59,213 nucleotides of DNA from assembly GCA_040384725.1 (NCBI GenBank), contig JAZKIS010000011.1, positions 1-59,213 on the forward strand, read 5' to 3'. Numbering within the stretch: position 1 is the first letter of the stretch; every line of letters starts with the position of its first letter. The notes under the pieces were generated by a model, which ran no database searches, was not told the DNA's origin, and saw only the letters and a program-made list of their open reading frames with translations. The position numbers and the translations under genes are program-made. This DNA comes from Patescibacteria group bacterium (GTDB lineage Bacteria > Patescibacteriota > Minisyncoccia > Phycocordibacterales > Phycocordibacteraceae). Positions 29,094 to 39,003 of the stretch are shown piece after piece.

Positions 29094-30770
29094 ATGGAAG
29101 AGACGCTCAAAACCGCGATTCGCGAGGCCCTCGTGTCGATGGGTGCCGAGGACGTTACGTTCGCCGTTGAATGGCCAGCAGACCTCGCTCATGGAGACTT
29201 CGCAACGAATGCCGCACTCGCCGCAAGCAAGTCGCTCGGGCGCGCTCCGCGTGACATTGCTGATGAGCTCGTAACCCTCCTTACTAAGTCTCTCGGAGAC
29301 GACGTCGCTTCGATCGAAGCGGCAGGTCCGGGGTTCGTGAACATAACGCTCGCGCACGACGCCATTGCCAGAGTCCTTGGCGGAGCCTCCTCTCTTGAGT
29401 GGGGGAAGGGGGACATGCGTACGGGAGAGCGGATCGCGTTCGAATACTCCTGCCCGAATCCGTTCAAGGAGATGCATGCCGGCCACCTCATGAGTACGGT
29501 GATAGGCGAAGCAGAGGTGCGGCTTCTTGAGAATCAGGGAGCACGCGTGCTGCGCGATACCTATGGAGGCGACGTCGGACCCCATGTAGCGAAAGCGCTC
29601 TGGGCACTTCAGAGGAACGGCCTGGATGAGCCTGCAACCTCAAAGGAGATAGGCGATGCCTATGCGCAGGGAAGTCGCGCATACGAAGAGAGCGAGGATG
29701 CGAAGGCAGAGATCGACGCGCTCAACACCCGGCTCTACGTAGCGCTCGCAAAGCCTGAGGACGAGCGCACGGAAGAGGATCGAAGCCTCCTTGAAGCCTG
29801 GCGTCACGGACGTGACGTGTCGCTCGATGCCCATCGTGTTGTGTGGGACGCGCTCGGCACGCACTTCGATTACGTCATACACGAGAGCGAGACAACGCCG
29901 ATAGGGAAGGAGAAGGTCCTCGAAGCACTGTCGCGCGGCGTGTTCAAGGAAAGCGAGGGCGCCGTTATATACGACGGAGAGAAGAAAGGTCTCCATACGC
30001 TCGTCTTTCTGACGTCGAGAGGGAATCCGACCTATGAAGCCAAGGACGTCGGGCTCGCGTTTCTGAAGGAAGAGCGTATAGGTCCGCTCGACCATTCCTA
30101 CATAACAACCGCGAGCGAGCAGAGCGGACACTTCGCGGTATTCCTTGCAGCGCTCGGAGAATTTGCTCCCGAGCTCGCGAACAAGACGGTGCACGTCCCG
30201 CACGGATTCCTAAGGCTCTCGACGGGAAAGATGTCATCGCGCGAAGGGAACGTCGTTACCGCTGCTGGTCTCATCGAGGAGGTCATAGGAAAAGCGCTGG
30301 AGAAGAATGAGGACCCGCTCGTTGCGCACGCGGTTGCGATCGGCGCGATCAAGTACATGATCTTGCGCCAGGCTCCTGGCGGCGATATCGTGTTCGATCC
30401 CGAAACGTCACTATCTTTGGATGGCGACTCGGGACCGTACCTCCAGTACGCGCTCGTGCGCGCCAAGTCTGTCCTCGCGCAGTCTGAGCTGACGCCCGAC
30501 ATGTCACAGATGCCCGAAACCATCTTCGACATCGAGCGACTCCTCATCCGGTATCCCGAGGTCGCCAAGCGTGCAGAGGCCCAGCGCGCGCCGCAGCAGG
30601 TAACGCAGTACCTAACGAACCTGGCAGGGGAATGGAACTCGTTCTACGCCGTCGAGCGTATCCGCGGAGGAGAGTGCGAAGCGTACAAGCTTCTCATCGC
30701 CGCTGCGTTCGTCACCACCATGGAGAACGGACTCGCGCTTCTCGGCATCCCGGTTCCGGAACGGATGTAA
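29094..30770 (+). CDS. argS: Arginine--tRNA ligase
   Basis: HGDFATN, GPGFVN, EYSCPNPFKEMHAGH, KMSSREG, GPYLQY. Confidence 0.96.
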   Translation: MEETLKTAIREALVSMGAEDVTFAVEWPADLAHGDFATNAALAASKSLGRAPRDIADELVTLLTKSLGDDVASIEAAGPGFVNITLAHDAIARVLGGASSLEWGKGDMRTGERIAFEYSCPNPFKEMHAGHLMSTVIGEAEVRLLENQGARVLRDTYGGDVGPHVAKALWALQRNGLDEPATSKEIGDAYAQGSRAYEESEDAKAEIDALNTRLYVALAKPEDERTEEDRSLLEAWRHGRDVSLDAHRVVWDALGTHFDYVIHESETTPIGKEKVLEALSRGVFKESEGAVIYDGEKKGLHTLVFLTSRGNPTYEAKDVGLAFLKEERIGPLDHSYITTASEQSGHFAVFLAALGEFAPELANKTVHVPHGFLRLSTGKMSSREGNVVTAAGLIEEVIGKALEKNEDPLVAHAVAIGAIKYMILRQAPGGDIVFDPETSLSLDGDSGPYLQYALVRAKSVLAQSELTPDMSQMPETIFDIERLLIRYPEVAKRAEAQRAPQQVTQYLTNLAGEWNSFYAVERIRGGECEAYKLLIAAAFVTTMENGLALLGIPVPERM

Positions 30771-30859
30771 ACACGATCTTATTGCATATTTGCGTGCAGG
30801 GAGGTAGGGTGGCTCTCAGACTGTACATATCGTGCGGTTGGTAGAGGGAGGAAATACGA

Positions 30860-31201
30860 ATGCTGTCACAATCGGTGATGCAGGCAGTAGGCGACCGCAA
30901 TCCGGTCATTCTCGCGGCCAAGGTCCACGGTTTCAATACCGACGTCGATTTTCTGAGTGACGTGGCCAGCAAGAAGAATATCGGTGACGACGTGGCTGCG
31001 TCGCACATCACGGCGTACGTCGAGACCCGGGACGATCCCAAACGAAAGATCCCGTTCTTCGCTATCGCCGACATCGAAACTGCATTCCCGAGCAAGCTGG
31101 CCGAGCAGGGCGAGAAGGCGCGCGCCGTGCGCGCGCCGAAGCCGCCGGCGAAGGTGACGAAGAAGGAACCGCCTCGTCGGTGCCAATCGTCCCGCCGCTA
31201 G
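30860..31201 (+). CDS. Hypothetical protein, accessory
   Basis: SD GGGAGG; own downstream hairpin at 31222-31250. Confidence 0.55.
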   Translation: MLSQSVMQAVGDRNPVILAAKVHGFNTDVDFLSDVASKKNIGDDVAASHITAYVETRDDPKRKIPFFAIADIETAFPSKLAEQGEKARAVRAPKPPAKVTKKEPPRRCQSSRR

Positions 31202-31284
31202 AGCCAGCAGCATGAGACCAAGACCCGGCGCGAAAGTGCCGGGTCGTTTCTTTTTAGTACGCAAAACGCTAGGATGAGGAGACT

Positions 31285-34200
31285 ATGGCTGATACAGAGA
31301 AATCAGAAGTCTCAAGGCGCGAGGAAGCAGTCCTCGCTCTCTGGAATGAGAAGGGGATTTTCGAGAAGTCCCTCACAAAGCCCTCTCCCAAGGGGGAGTT
31401 CGTGTTCTACGATGGTCCGCCGTTCGCGACTGGTCTGCCGCATCATGGTCATATTCTCGCGAGCACCATAAAGGATGCGATCCCTCGTTACAAGACGATG
31501 TCCGGCTTCCACGTACGCAGGCGTTGGGGATGGGACTGTCACGGCCTGCCGCTTGAGAACATCATCGAGAAAGAGCTCGGGGTAAAGACCAAGCGTGACA
31601 TCGAGGAGATGGGCGTCTCCACGTTCAATGATGCGGCGAATAAGGCGGTGCTCCGCTATGCGGATGAATGGAAGCAGATCATCCCGCGCATCGGACGCTG
31701 GGTCGATATGGAGGATGACTACAAAACCATGGACACCCCGTATACCGAGTCGGTCTGGTGGGCGTTCAAGACGCTGCACGAAAAGGGTCTCGTAGAGGAG
31801 GGCTACAAGGTCATGCAACTCTGCCCGCGCTGCGGCACGACGCTCTCAAACTTCGAGGTGAGCCAGGGCTACAAAGATATCAAGGACCTCACCGCGGTAG
31901 CGAAGTTCGAACTCGCTGACGAGCCTGGTACCTACGTTCTTGCGTGGACCACGACGCCGTGGACGCTTCCGGGCAATGTCGCGCTCGCGATAGGAGAGGG
32001 AATCGAATACGTAAAATGGACGGATGAGAAAGGAAGCTACATCGCCGCGAAGCATTTCCATGAGGTTAAGGGTATCGAGGCGCAGGCAACGCCGATCGCA
32101 GCAGCAGAGCTCCTCGGGCGCCGGTACCTGCCGATTTTCCCCGGAGTCATCGATACGATTGTTGCGGGGACAGAGCGTGACAAGCTCGGTGCGGCATTCA
32201 GAATCCTCTCGGGCGAGTTCGTCACCACTGACGAAGGTACCGGTATCGTGCACATCGCTCCAGCATTCGGCGAGGAGGACCTTGGTCTCGCGCGTACGCA
32301 CGGACTGCCCGTCGTACATCACGTTGACCGCGATGGGCGCATGCTCGAGGCCGTTCCGGTAGTCGGCGGCCGACTTGCGAAGCCGAAGGGTGACTGGAAG
32401 GAGACCGATAAGCTCATCGTCGAGTATCTCGGTGAGAAGGTCTATCGTGCGGAAGAGAAGGAGCACAGCTATCCGCATTGCTGGCGCTGCGATACGCCGC
32501 TCCTTAACTACGCGTCGAGCTCGTGGTTCGTAACGGTGCCGAAGTTCAGGGACCAGCTTGTTTCCGAGAACCGGAAGATAGGCTGGGTGCCTGATGCGAT
32601 CGGACAGAACCGCTTCGGCGACTGGCTCAAAAATGCCCGCGACTGGTCTATATCACGCAGCCGCTACTGGGGTGCCCCGATACCAGTCTGGAAGAATGAG
32701 CTCACGGGAGCCCTCTCCTTCATAGGATCGATTGAAGAGCTTACGAAGCGTGCCAAGCGAAGCGGGAACCAGTACTTCGTGATGCGTCATGGCGAATCCA
32801 CCAATAACCTCACGGAGACCAACAGTACGGTACTTGAGGGAGCTCAGAAGGAACATCATCTTACCGATACCGGAAAGGCAGTAGTACGGGAGAGTGCGGA
32901 AGCCTTTAAGAACAGTGGGTTTGATCTCGTCTTCGTATCGCCTTTCACGCGCACGCTCGAGACCTCTGCGATCGTTAAGGAGGTGCTTGGGCTGTCAGAC
33001 GAACAGGTGATCGTCGAGCCACGATTGCGAGAGATCGCAGCAGGCGTTCTCGAAGGCAAGACCTATACGGATTACCGAAGCTCGTTCAGCTCGTTCGGCG
33101 CACGGTTCACCACTGCTCCTGAGGGAGGAGAGACACTGACGCAGGTCCGTCATCGAGCAGGTGAGTTCATGTACGAGCTTGAGAGGAAGCATGAAGGGAA
33201 GCGGATCCTTCTTATCACGCATGGAGATGTTTTGTGGATGCTGAACCTTCTCGCTCAGGGAGATTCAAAGGACACTGCGTTCTCTATGGAGGATCCGGAG
33301 CGAGGGGTAATCAATGGCCTGCCGTTCATGCCCCTTCCTCACAACGGAGATTACGAGCTCGATCTCCATAGGCCCTACATAGACGACTACGAGCTCATTG
33401 ATACCGATGGTGCGCCTCTTCGTCGTGTGACGGATGTGTTCGATTGCTGGTTCGAGTCAGGATCGATGTCGTATGCGCAGGACCACTATCCCTTTGAGAA
33501 GGCCGCCTTCAATCCAGAAACCGGACTCTTTAAGAAAGCGAAAGGATATCCGGCCGATTTCATAGCAGAAGGACTCGACCAGACTCGAGGCTGGTTCTAC
33601 TCGCTTCTCGTGCTCGGCGTGGCGTTGTTCGGGAAAACGCCATACAAGAATGTAATCGTGAACGGCCTTATCCTTGCGGAGGATGGCCGTAAGATGTCGA
33701 AGAGCTTGAAGAACTATCCTGAGCCTATGGAGATTGTCGAGAAGTACGGTGCCGATGCGCTTCGGTACTATCTCCTGTCGTCTCCTTTGATGCGCTCTGA
33801 GGATCTACGTTTCTCTGAACGAGGGGTAGCTGAAGTAGCCACCAAGGTCTTCGGACGTCTGATGAATATGCTGAGCTTCTACGAGCTGTATGCGTCAGAA
33901 GGCGCGGAACCGAAGGAGGGGAGTACGGATGTTCTTGATCGTTGGGCACTGAGTCTCGTAGCGAAGGCAACAGAAGAGATGACAATCGGATTTGAACGGT
34001 ACGAGCTCGATCGTGCGGTGCGTCCGCTCGCTACGCTCATAGACGATCTCTCGACCTGGTATGTCAGACGATCACGCGACCGTTTCAAGGATTCTCCTGA
34101 AGCGCTCGGTACGCTACGTCGCATACTTCTCCAGAGTGCTGTTCTGTTCGCACCGGTAGCACCGTTCGCAGCCGAGCATATCTATCAGACGCTTCGACGA

Positions 34201-34653
34201 GACAACGATGTTGAAAGCGTGCATCTCTTATCGTGGCCGGTTGCGGAAAAAGCAGATGAGGCACTGCTCGTGTCTATGGCTGAAGTACGGGCCCACGCGT
34301 CAGTCGCGCTTAAGCTCAGGCAGAAAGCTGACATCAAGGTGCGCCAACCTCTCGCATCACTCTCTATTCCAGGGACCCTTCCTTCGGAGCTCATCACCAT
34401 TCTTGCGGACGAGGTGAACGTAAAGGAGATAAGGACGAATGTCGCTGAGATGACACTCGATACGGTGCTTACTCCCGCACTCGTCGCTGAGGGTGACGAG
34501 CGAACGCTCGCACGTGCCGTTGCTGAAGCGAGGAAGACCGAAGGCCTCTCGCCGAAAGACACGGTCTCGATCGAGAAGAGAGAAGACGGGACGTACGTCG
34601 CAGAGCTCTCTACCGGACCGGTACGATTCTCTCTCGTTCGCAATGCGGCATAA
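31285..34653 (+). CDS. ileS: Isoleucine--tRNA ligase (IleRS2 type) with an inserted histidine phosphatase domain
   Basis: DGPPFATGLPHHGH, GWDCHGLP, WTTTPWTLP, GTGIVHIAP, DWSISRSRYWG, DLHRPYID, DQTRGWFY, KMSKS; RHG domain at about aa 495-680. Confidence 0.95.
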   Translation: MADTEKSEVSRREEAVLALWNEKGIFEKSLTKPSPKGEFVFYDGPPFATGLPHHGHILASTIKDAIPRYKTMSGFHVRRRWGWDCHGLPLENIIEKELGVKTKRDIEEMGVSTFNDAANKAVLRYADEWKQIIPRIGRWVDMEDDYKTMDTPYTESVWWAFKTLHEKGLVEEGYKVMQLCPRCGTTLSNFEVSQGYKDIKDLTAVAKFELADEPGTYVLAWTTTPWTLPGNVALAIGEGIEYVKWTDEKGSYIAAKHFHEVKGIEAQATPIAAAELLGRRYLPIFPGVIDTIVAGTERDKLGAAFRILSGEFVTTDEGTGIVHIAPAFGEEDLGLARTHGLPVVHHVDRDGRMLEAVPVVGGRLAKPKGDWKETDKLIVEYLGEKVYRAEEKEHSYPHCWRCDTPLLNYASSSWFVTVPKFRDQLVSENRKIGWVPDAIGQNRFGDWLKNARDWSISRSRYWGAPIPVWKNELTGALSFIGSIEELTKRAKRSGNQYFVMRHGESTNNLTETNSTVLEGAQKEHHLTDTGKAVVRESAEAFKNSGFDLVFVSPFTRTLETSAIVKEVLGLSDEQVIVEPRLREIAAGVLEGKTYTDYRSSFSSFGARFTTAPEGGETLTQVRHRAGEFMYELERKHEGKRILLITHGDVLWMLNLLAQGDSKDTAFSMEDPERGVINGLPFMPLPHNGDYELDLHRPYIDDYELIDTDGAPLRRVTDVFDCWFESGSMSYAQDHYPFEKAAFNPETGLFKKAKGYPADFIAEGLDQTRGWFYSLLVLGVALFGKTPYKNVIVNGLILAEDGRKMSKSLKNYPEPMEIVEKYGADALRYYLLSSPLMRSEDLRFSERGVAEVATKVFGRLMNMLSFYELYASEGAEPKEGSTDVLDRWALSLVAKATEEMTIGFERYELDRAVRPLATLIDDLSTWYVRRSRDRFKDSPEALGTLRRILLQSAVLFAPVAPFAAEHIYQTLRRDNDVESVHLLSWPVAEKADEALLVSMAEVRAHASVALKLRQKADIKVRQPLASLSIPGTLPSELITILADEVNVKEIRTNVAEMTLDTVLTPALVAEGDERTLARAVAEARKTEGLSPKDTVSIEKREDGTYVAELSTGPVRFSLVRNAA

Positions 34654-35194
34654 GTACGATACGACCGCGCTCGTCCTCGCCCGTACCCCGCTCAAGGAAT
34701 CGGCAGCGCTCGTCACGCTCCTCACGGAAGAGTTCGGGTTGGTGCGTGCTCGTGCCGAGGGACTCCGGAAGCCTGGGGCAAAGCTCGCACATGCGCTCCA
34801 GACCTTTGACCGCTGCGACGTAACCTTGGTACGCGGGAAGGAGGGGTGGCGGCTATCCGGAGCGATTCTCGAGGAGAGCTGGTTCAAGAGACTGAAGCGT
34901 CATGAGCGCTTACGTGCAGGACGCGTTGCAGGACTCCTTCTTCGCATGGTGCATGGGGAAGCGAACGACCCATCTCTTTTCGTACTATTCACTGAATTCC
35001 TGGAAGCCTTGCCCGAGCTTCCTGAAGAAGCACAAGATACCGCAGAGATCATGACGGCCCTCCGTGTCCTTGCGGTGCTCGGCCTCGATGTCGGGGTGCT
35101 CCCGCAGGTCGGTATCTATGAGTCGCTCCTGCCGGAACAGAGGCGAGAGCTCGTTATGCGGGTGAACCGGGGTATCGCCGCTTCGGGCCTGTAG
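34643..35194 (+). CDS. recO: DNA repair protein RecO (short form)
   Basis: LVL.R...ES...TLLTEEFGLVRARAEGLRKPGAKL N-terminal OB domain. Confidence 0.8.
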   Translation: MRHKYDTTALVLARTPLKESAALVTLLTEEFGLVRARAEGLRKPGAKLAHALQTFDRCDVTLVRGKEGWRLSGAILEESWFKRLKRHERLRAGRVAGLLLRMVHGEANDPSLFVLFTEFLEALPELPEEAQDTAEIMTALRVLAVLGLDVGVLPQVGIYESLLPEQRRELVMRVNRGIAASGL

Positions 35195-35217
35195 CAGACT
35201 TGCTATACTTGGGAGCA

Positions 35218-37116
35218 ATGCCTCCGAATACGCCAGACGACACGAGTACGCTCGAGCGATTGCGACAGAAACTATACTCGTCTCAAGCGCCTGCGAGTTT
35301 TCCTGCGCCGGCGCTTTCGCAGACACCCCTGCCCCCGGTTCCGGCAGAAGAGGGATGGGCAGCGCCTACTCCTCAGGTGTTCACGAAGAAGCCACGCGTG
35401 TCATGGGCAGCACTGTTCCTTGGTGTCGCTGCCGTGTTCTTCATCCTTGCGGTAGCGGGAGCCGCATACTTCCTCGTCTTTGGCGGACGCTCCGTATCGA
35501 CCGACCGCATCACGATCCTGGCGGATGGCCCTACTTCGATCAGTAGTGGGGACGAAGTGACGATTCTCGTGTCTATCGAGAACCGCAATCCCGTAACCGT
35601 GATGAGTACGACCCTCACGGCAGAGTTTCCAGACACGACACGGTCTCCTGACGACGAGGAGCAACCATTCACGCATTACGAGGACACGGTCGGCGACATC
35701 ATCTCCGGCGAGACGGGCACGAGGTCCATCCGCGCGCTTATATTCGGCAGCGAGGGCGAGCGCGTCGTTGTGCCGATCAGATTCGAGTACCGCATCGAAG
35801 GCTCGAACGCCGTGTTCGTGAAAGAAGCGGAGTATGAGGTACAGATAACCTCGTCCCCGATATCCGTTCGGGCTGAAGCGGTATCCGAAGCTGCCGTCGG
35901 GCAGCCGCTCACCTTCGCAGTGACGGTCCGTTCGAACGCGAAGGAGCCGATCGAGAACGTCGCGGTCTTTGCGCAGTACCCGTTCGGCTTCACAGCACGT
36001 CGCGGCGAAGGACCGGTGTTCCCTGTAGGAACGCTCGCGCCAGGCGAGGAGCGTACGATCACGGTTACCGGTACCCTCACGGGTGAGAATAATGACGAGC
36101 GCGTATTTAGGTTTACGGGTGGCATCCGTCGCGGGGAAGAGACGAGCGTGCTCGCCGTATCGTATTCGACAGCCCTCGCGTCAGTAACCCTCGCGAAGCC
36201 TTTCCTCTCAGCGAGCCTCTCCCTCAACAGGGACACGAGCAGTACGCCCGTTATTGAAGCCGGCGCTGCGGTCCAAGGCATCGTCTCCTGGGTGAATACG
36301 CTCGCGACGCCAGTGCTCGATGGACAGGTCTCTGTAACGCTTTCCGGCAGCGCTCTCGATACGTCGACCGTAAGTGCGTATGGCGGCTTCTATCGTTCTT
36401 CTGACACGACGATCATCTACTCGCGCGAGACCAATAGCGGCCTCGGGAACCTGGCGCCGGGAGCTACCGGAAGCGGCACTTTCAATTTCAAGACAAAGCC
36501 TGCGGTGTCGCTTGCAACCATGAAGAACCCGACCATCGTCGCGACGATCTCGGTCGCCGGTCGCCGGGTAGGAGAGAGTAACGTGCCGGAGACCATCTCG
36601 TCGTCCGTAACGCGCACGATAAAGGTGGGGACTGATCTCGCCCTTACCGCCAAGGCGCTCTACAGCAGCGGAGCATTCAAGAATACGGGCCCGTGGCCGC
36701 CTGTCGCTGATCAGGAGACAACCTATACGATCGATATGTCGCTCACGAACACTGTTAATTCGGTTGCCGATACCGTCGTTACAGGCGTGCTGCCGTCATA
36801 TGTGCGCTATGTGGGCGCGACAAGTCCTGCGGACGGATCAGTTTCCTACAACGCGGCGACCCGTACCGTCACTTGGCGCGCAGGCGAGATCGCCGCAGGC
36901 ACGGGCTTCGGCTCGGCAGCGCGTTCCGCCGCCTTCCAGATCGCACTGTTGCCAAGCGCGTCACAGCGCGGTACAAGTCCTATACTCATGTCCTCGGTCA
37001 AGGTTACGGGCACTGACCGCTTCACGCAGAAAGCGCTCTCCCTGACTCGCCCCGAGATCACGACCCAGACCGTTTCTGACCCTAGCTTTGTGCAAGGGAA
37101 GGGAGAAGTCCGCTAA
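35218..37116 (+). CDS. Large single-TM surface protein with tandem Ig-like (CARDB/DUF11-like) domains
   Basis: TM near aa 60-85; repeated 'G.L.PG' beta-sandwich motifs. Confidence 0.7.
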   Translation: MPPNTPDDTSTLERLRQKLYSSQAPASFPAPALSQTPLPPVPAEEGWAAPTPQVFTKKPRVSWAALFLGVAAVFFILAVAGAAYFLVFGGRSVSTDRITILADGPTSISSGDEVTILVSIENRNPVTVMSTTLTAEFPDTTRSPDDEEQPFTHYEDTVGDIISGETGTRSIRALIFGSEGERVVVPIRFEYRIEGSNAVFVKEAEYEVQITSSPISVRAEAVSEAAVGQPLTFAVTVRSNAKEPIENVAVFAQYPFGFTARRGEGPVFPVGTLAPGEERTITVTGTLTGENNDERVFRFTGGIRRGEETSVLAVSYSTALASVTLAKPFLSASLSLNRDTSSTPVIEAGAAVQGIVSWVNTLATPVLDGQVSVTLSGSALDTSTVSAYGGFYRSSDTTIIYSRETNSGLGNLAPGATGSGTFNFKTKPAVSLATMKNPTIVATISVAGRRVGESNVPETISSSVTRTIKVGTDLALTAKALYSSGAFKNTGPWPPVADQETTYTIDMSLTNTVNSVADTVVTGVLPSYVRYVGATSPADGSVSYNAATRTVTWRAGEIAAGTGFGSAARSAAFQIALLPSASQRGTSPILMSSVKVTGTDRFTQKALSLTRPEITTQTVSDPSFVQGKGEVR

Positions 37117-37128
37117 TTACCTTATTTT

Positions 37129-38508
37129 ATGTCCGTCACGCTTGAACAGATCGTCTCACTCGCCAAACGGCGCGGCTTTATCTTTCCGGGTTCCGAGATC
37201 TATGGCGGACTCGCGGGAACATTCGACTACGGCCCGCATGGCGTGGCGCTCAAGAATAATCTGAAGGCGCTCTGGTGGAAGCGCTTCGTCGAGGAGCGTG
37301 ATGACATGTATGGCGTCGATGCGTCCCTCATCATGCCAGCACGCGTGTGGGAAGCATCGGGACATACCGAGACGTTCAATGACCCGCTCGTATCTGACGC
37401 GAAGACTGGCGAGCGGTACCGTCTTGATCATGTGCTTGAAGCGGCCGGCATCGATCCAGTTGGCTTGAGCCTTGAGGACATGTGGAGCGCGCTTCAAGAG
37501 AAGGGGCTCAAGACGCCTGCCGGAAACGCGTATGAGCAGCCGATGACGTTCAATCTCCTGTTCCCGGTAACGATGGGTGCCTCGAAGGACTCCGCGACGC
37601 TCGCGTACCTGCGTGGCGAGACCGCGCAGGGCATGTTCGTGAATTTCAAGAACATCATCGACGCGTACCACCCGAAGCTTCCGTTCGGCATGGGGCAGAT
37701 CGGCAAGGCATTCCGGAACGAAATCGCACCGCGTGAGTTCGTCTTCCGATTGCGCGAGCTTGAGGCCATGGAAGTCGAATACTTTATTTCACCAGAATCA
37801 TGGAAAGAATCATTCGAGGAATGGCGAATGATTATGCGTAATTATGCTGTTGAGATCGGACTTCCTCTCGAGAAATTACACGAGAAGGAGATCGGAGACG
37901 AAGACCGTGCGCATTACAGCGAGCGCACTATCGACTTTGAGTATGAGTTCCCGACGGGCACGAAGGAGCTTTGGGGTCTCGCGTACCGTACCGATTACGA
38001 CCTGTCTCGCCATGGAGAGTACTCCGGAACCCCGCTCGTCTATATCGACGAGGAGAAGAAGGAGAAGGTGGTTCCGCATGTTATCGAGCCTGCTCTTGGC
38101 GTCGAGCGCACCATGCTCGCAGTGCTTGCTGCAGCGTATGACGAGGATGAGCTCGGAGGAGAGACGCGCATCGTGCTGCGTCTTCAGCCGAAGGTAGCGC
38201 CAGTGAAGGCGATGGTCTCGCCACTTTTGAAGAATAAGCCCGAGCTCGTCGAGAAGGCGAAGGAAGTGCGGGCGCTCTTGAAGAAGGTTCACCCCGCTAT
38301 CGCGTGGGATGATAACGGAAACATCGGCAAGCGCTATCGCCGGCAGGACGAGATCGGCACCCCGTTCTGTATCACGATCGATTTCGACACGCTCGGCGAG
38401 ACTCCGGACCTGAAGGACACCGTCACGCTCCGTCATCGGGATACCGGAGAGCAGGAACGCCTCTCGATTGAGGAGGTCGCAGAGAGAATTCGTACCGTGC
38501 TCGCATAA
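37129..38508 (+). CDS. glyS: Glycine--tRNA ligase (alpha2, archaeal/eukaryotic type)
   Basis: KRRGFIFPGSEIYGG, LRGETAQG, FRNEI, IGKRYRRQDEIGTPF. Confidence 0.96.
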   Translation: MSVTLEQIVSLAKRRGFIFPGSEIYGGLAGTFDYGPHGVALKNNLKALWWKRFVEERDDMYGVDASLIMPARVWEASGHTETFNDPLVSDAKTGERYRLDHVLEAAGIDPVGLSLEDMWSALQEKGLKTPAGNAYEQPMTFNLLFPVTMGASKDSATLAYLRGETAQGMFVNFKNIIDAYHPKLPFGMGQIGKAFRNEIAPREFVFRLRELEAMEVEYFISPESWKESFEEWRMIMRNYAVEIGLPLEKLHEKEIGDEDRAHYSERTIDFEYEFPTGTKELWGLAYRTDYDLSRHGEYSGTPLVYIDEEKKEKVVPHVIEPALGVERTMLAVLAAAYDEDELGGETRIVLRLQPKVAPVKAMVSPLLKNKPELVEKAKEVRALLKKVHPAIAWDDNGNIGKRYRRQDEIGTPFCITIDFDTLGETPDLKDTVTLRHRDTGEQERLSIEEVAERIRTVLA

Positions 38509-38570
38509 GGCTTGACGCAAAGGGCAGGGAAGCGCATGCTCGCGTAAGCCTGTTCCATTGGAGAGACGAG

Positions 38571-38963
38571 ATGCGTGCATTCGCGATGCTTATGTTTTCG
38601 TTCGTGCTCCTTACGGGTGCGGACGCCCGGGCGCAGGAAGCGCTCACCATTACCACCCCTCCGGGGAAGCCGTTGGTCTGGGACCCTGAGTTCACGGTCC
38701 CGAGCCATAACACTGAGACGGAGATGGTTGCGTTCCGACTCCTGCCGTTCGCGGAAGATTCGGCTGATGTGCCGTTCTTCGTCGATCGGACGGGTATCGT
38801 TATCCCGAAAGCCGGTGCTGACGTGACCGTGGAAGTGCTCGCTGAGGATGCGCAGTTCGTCGTCCTCTTGTGCTCGTTTCCGGAACTCGGACCTTTCAAC
38901 GTCGCCCTTCCGGGAGTCCGGTCCCAATACTGCATCCTTCGACGCGTAGAGCGGCAGCCATGA
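38571..38963 (+). CDS. Hypothetical secreted protein, accessory
   Basis: Signal peptide ending ARA-Q; SD GGAGAG; TTGACG upstream. Confidence 0.55.
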   Translation: MRAFAMLMFSFVLLTGADARAQEALTITTPPGKPLVWDPEFTVPSHNTETEMVAFRLLPFAEDSADVPFFVDRTGIVIPKAGADVTVEVLAEDAQFVVLLCSFPELGPFNVALPGVRSQYCILRRVERQP

Positions 38964-39003
38964 TACTGGCTGCCGCTTTCCCGTATGTGGTACCATTTCC
39001 GCT

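Noticed and set aside
32760-33330. Intein in ileS
   Set aside because: No Cys/Ser start, His-Asn end or LAGLIDADG motifs; the insert is a histidine phosphatase.
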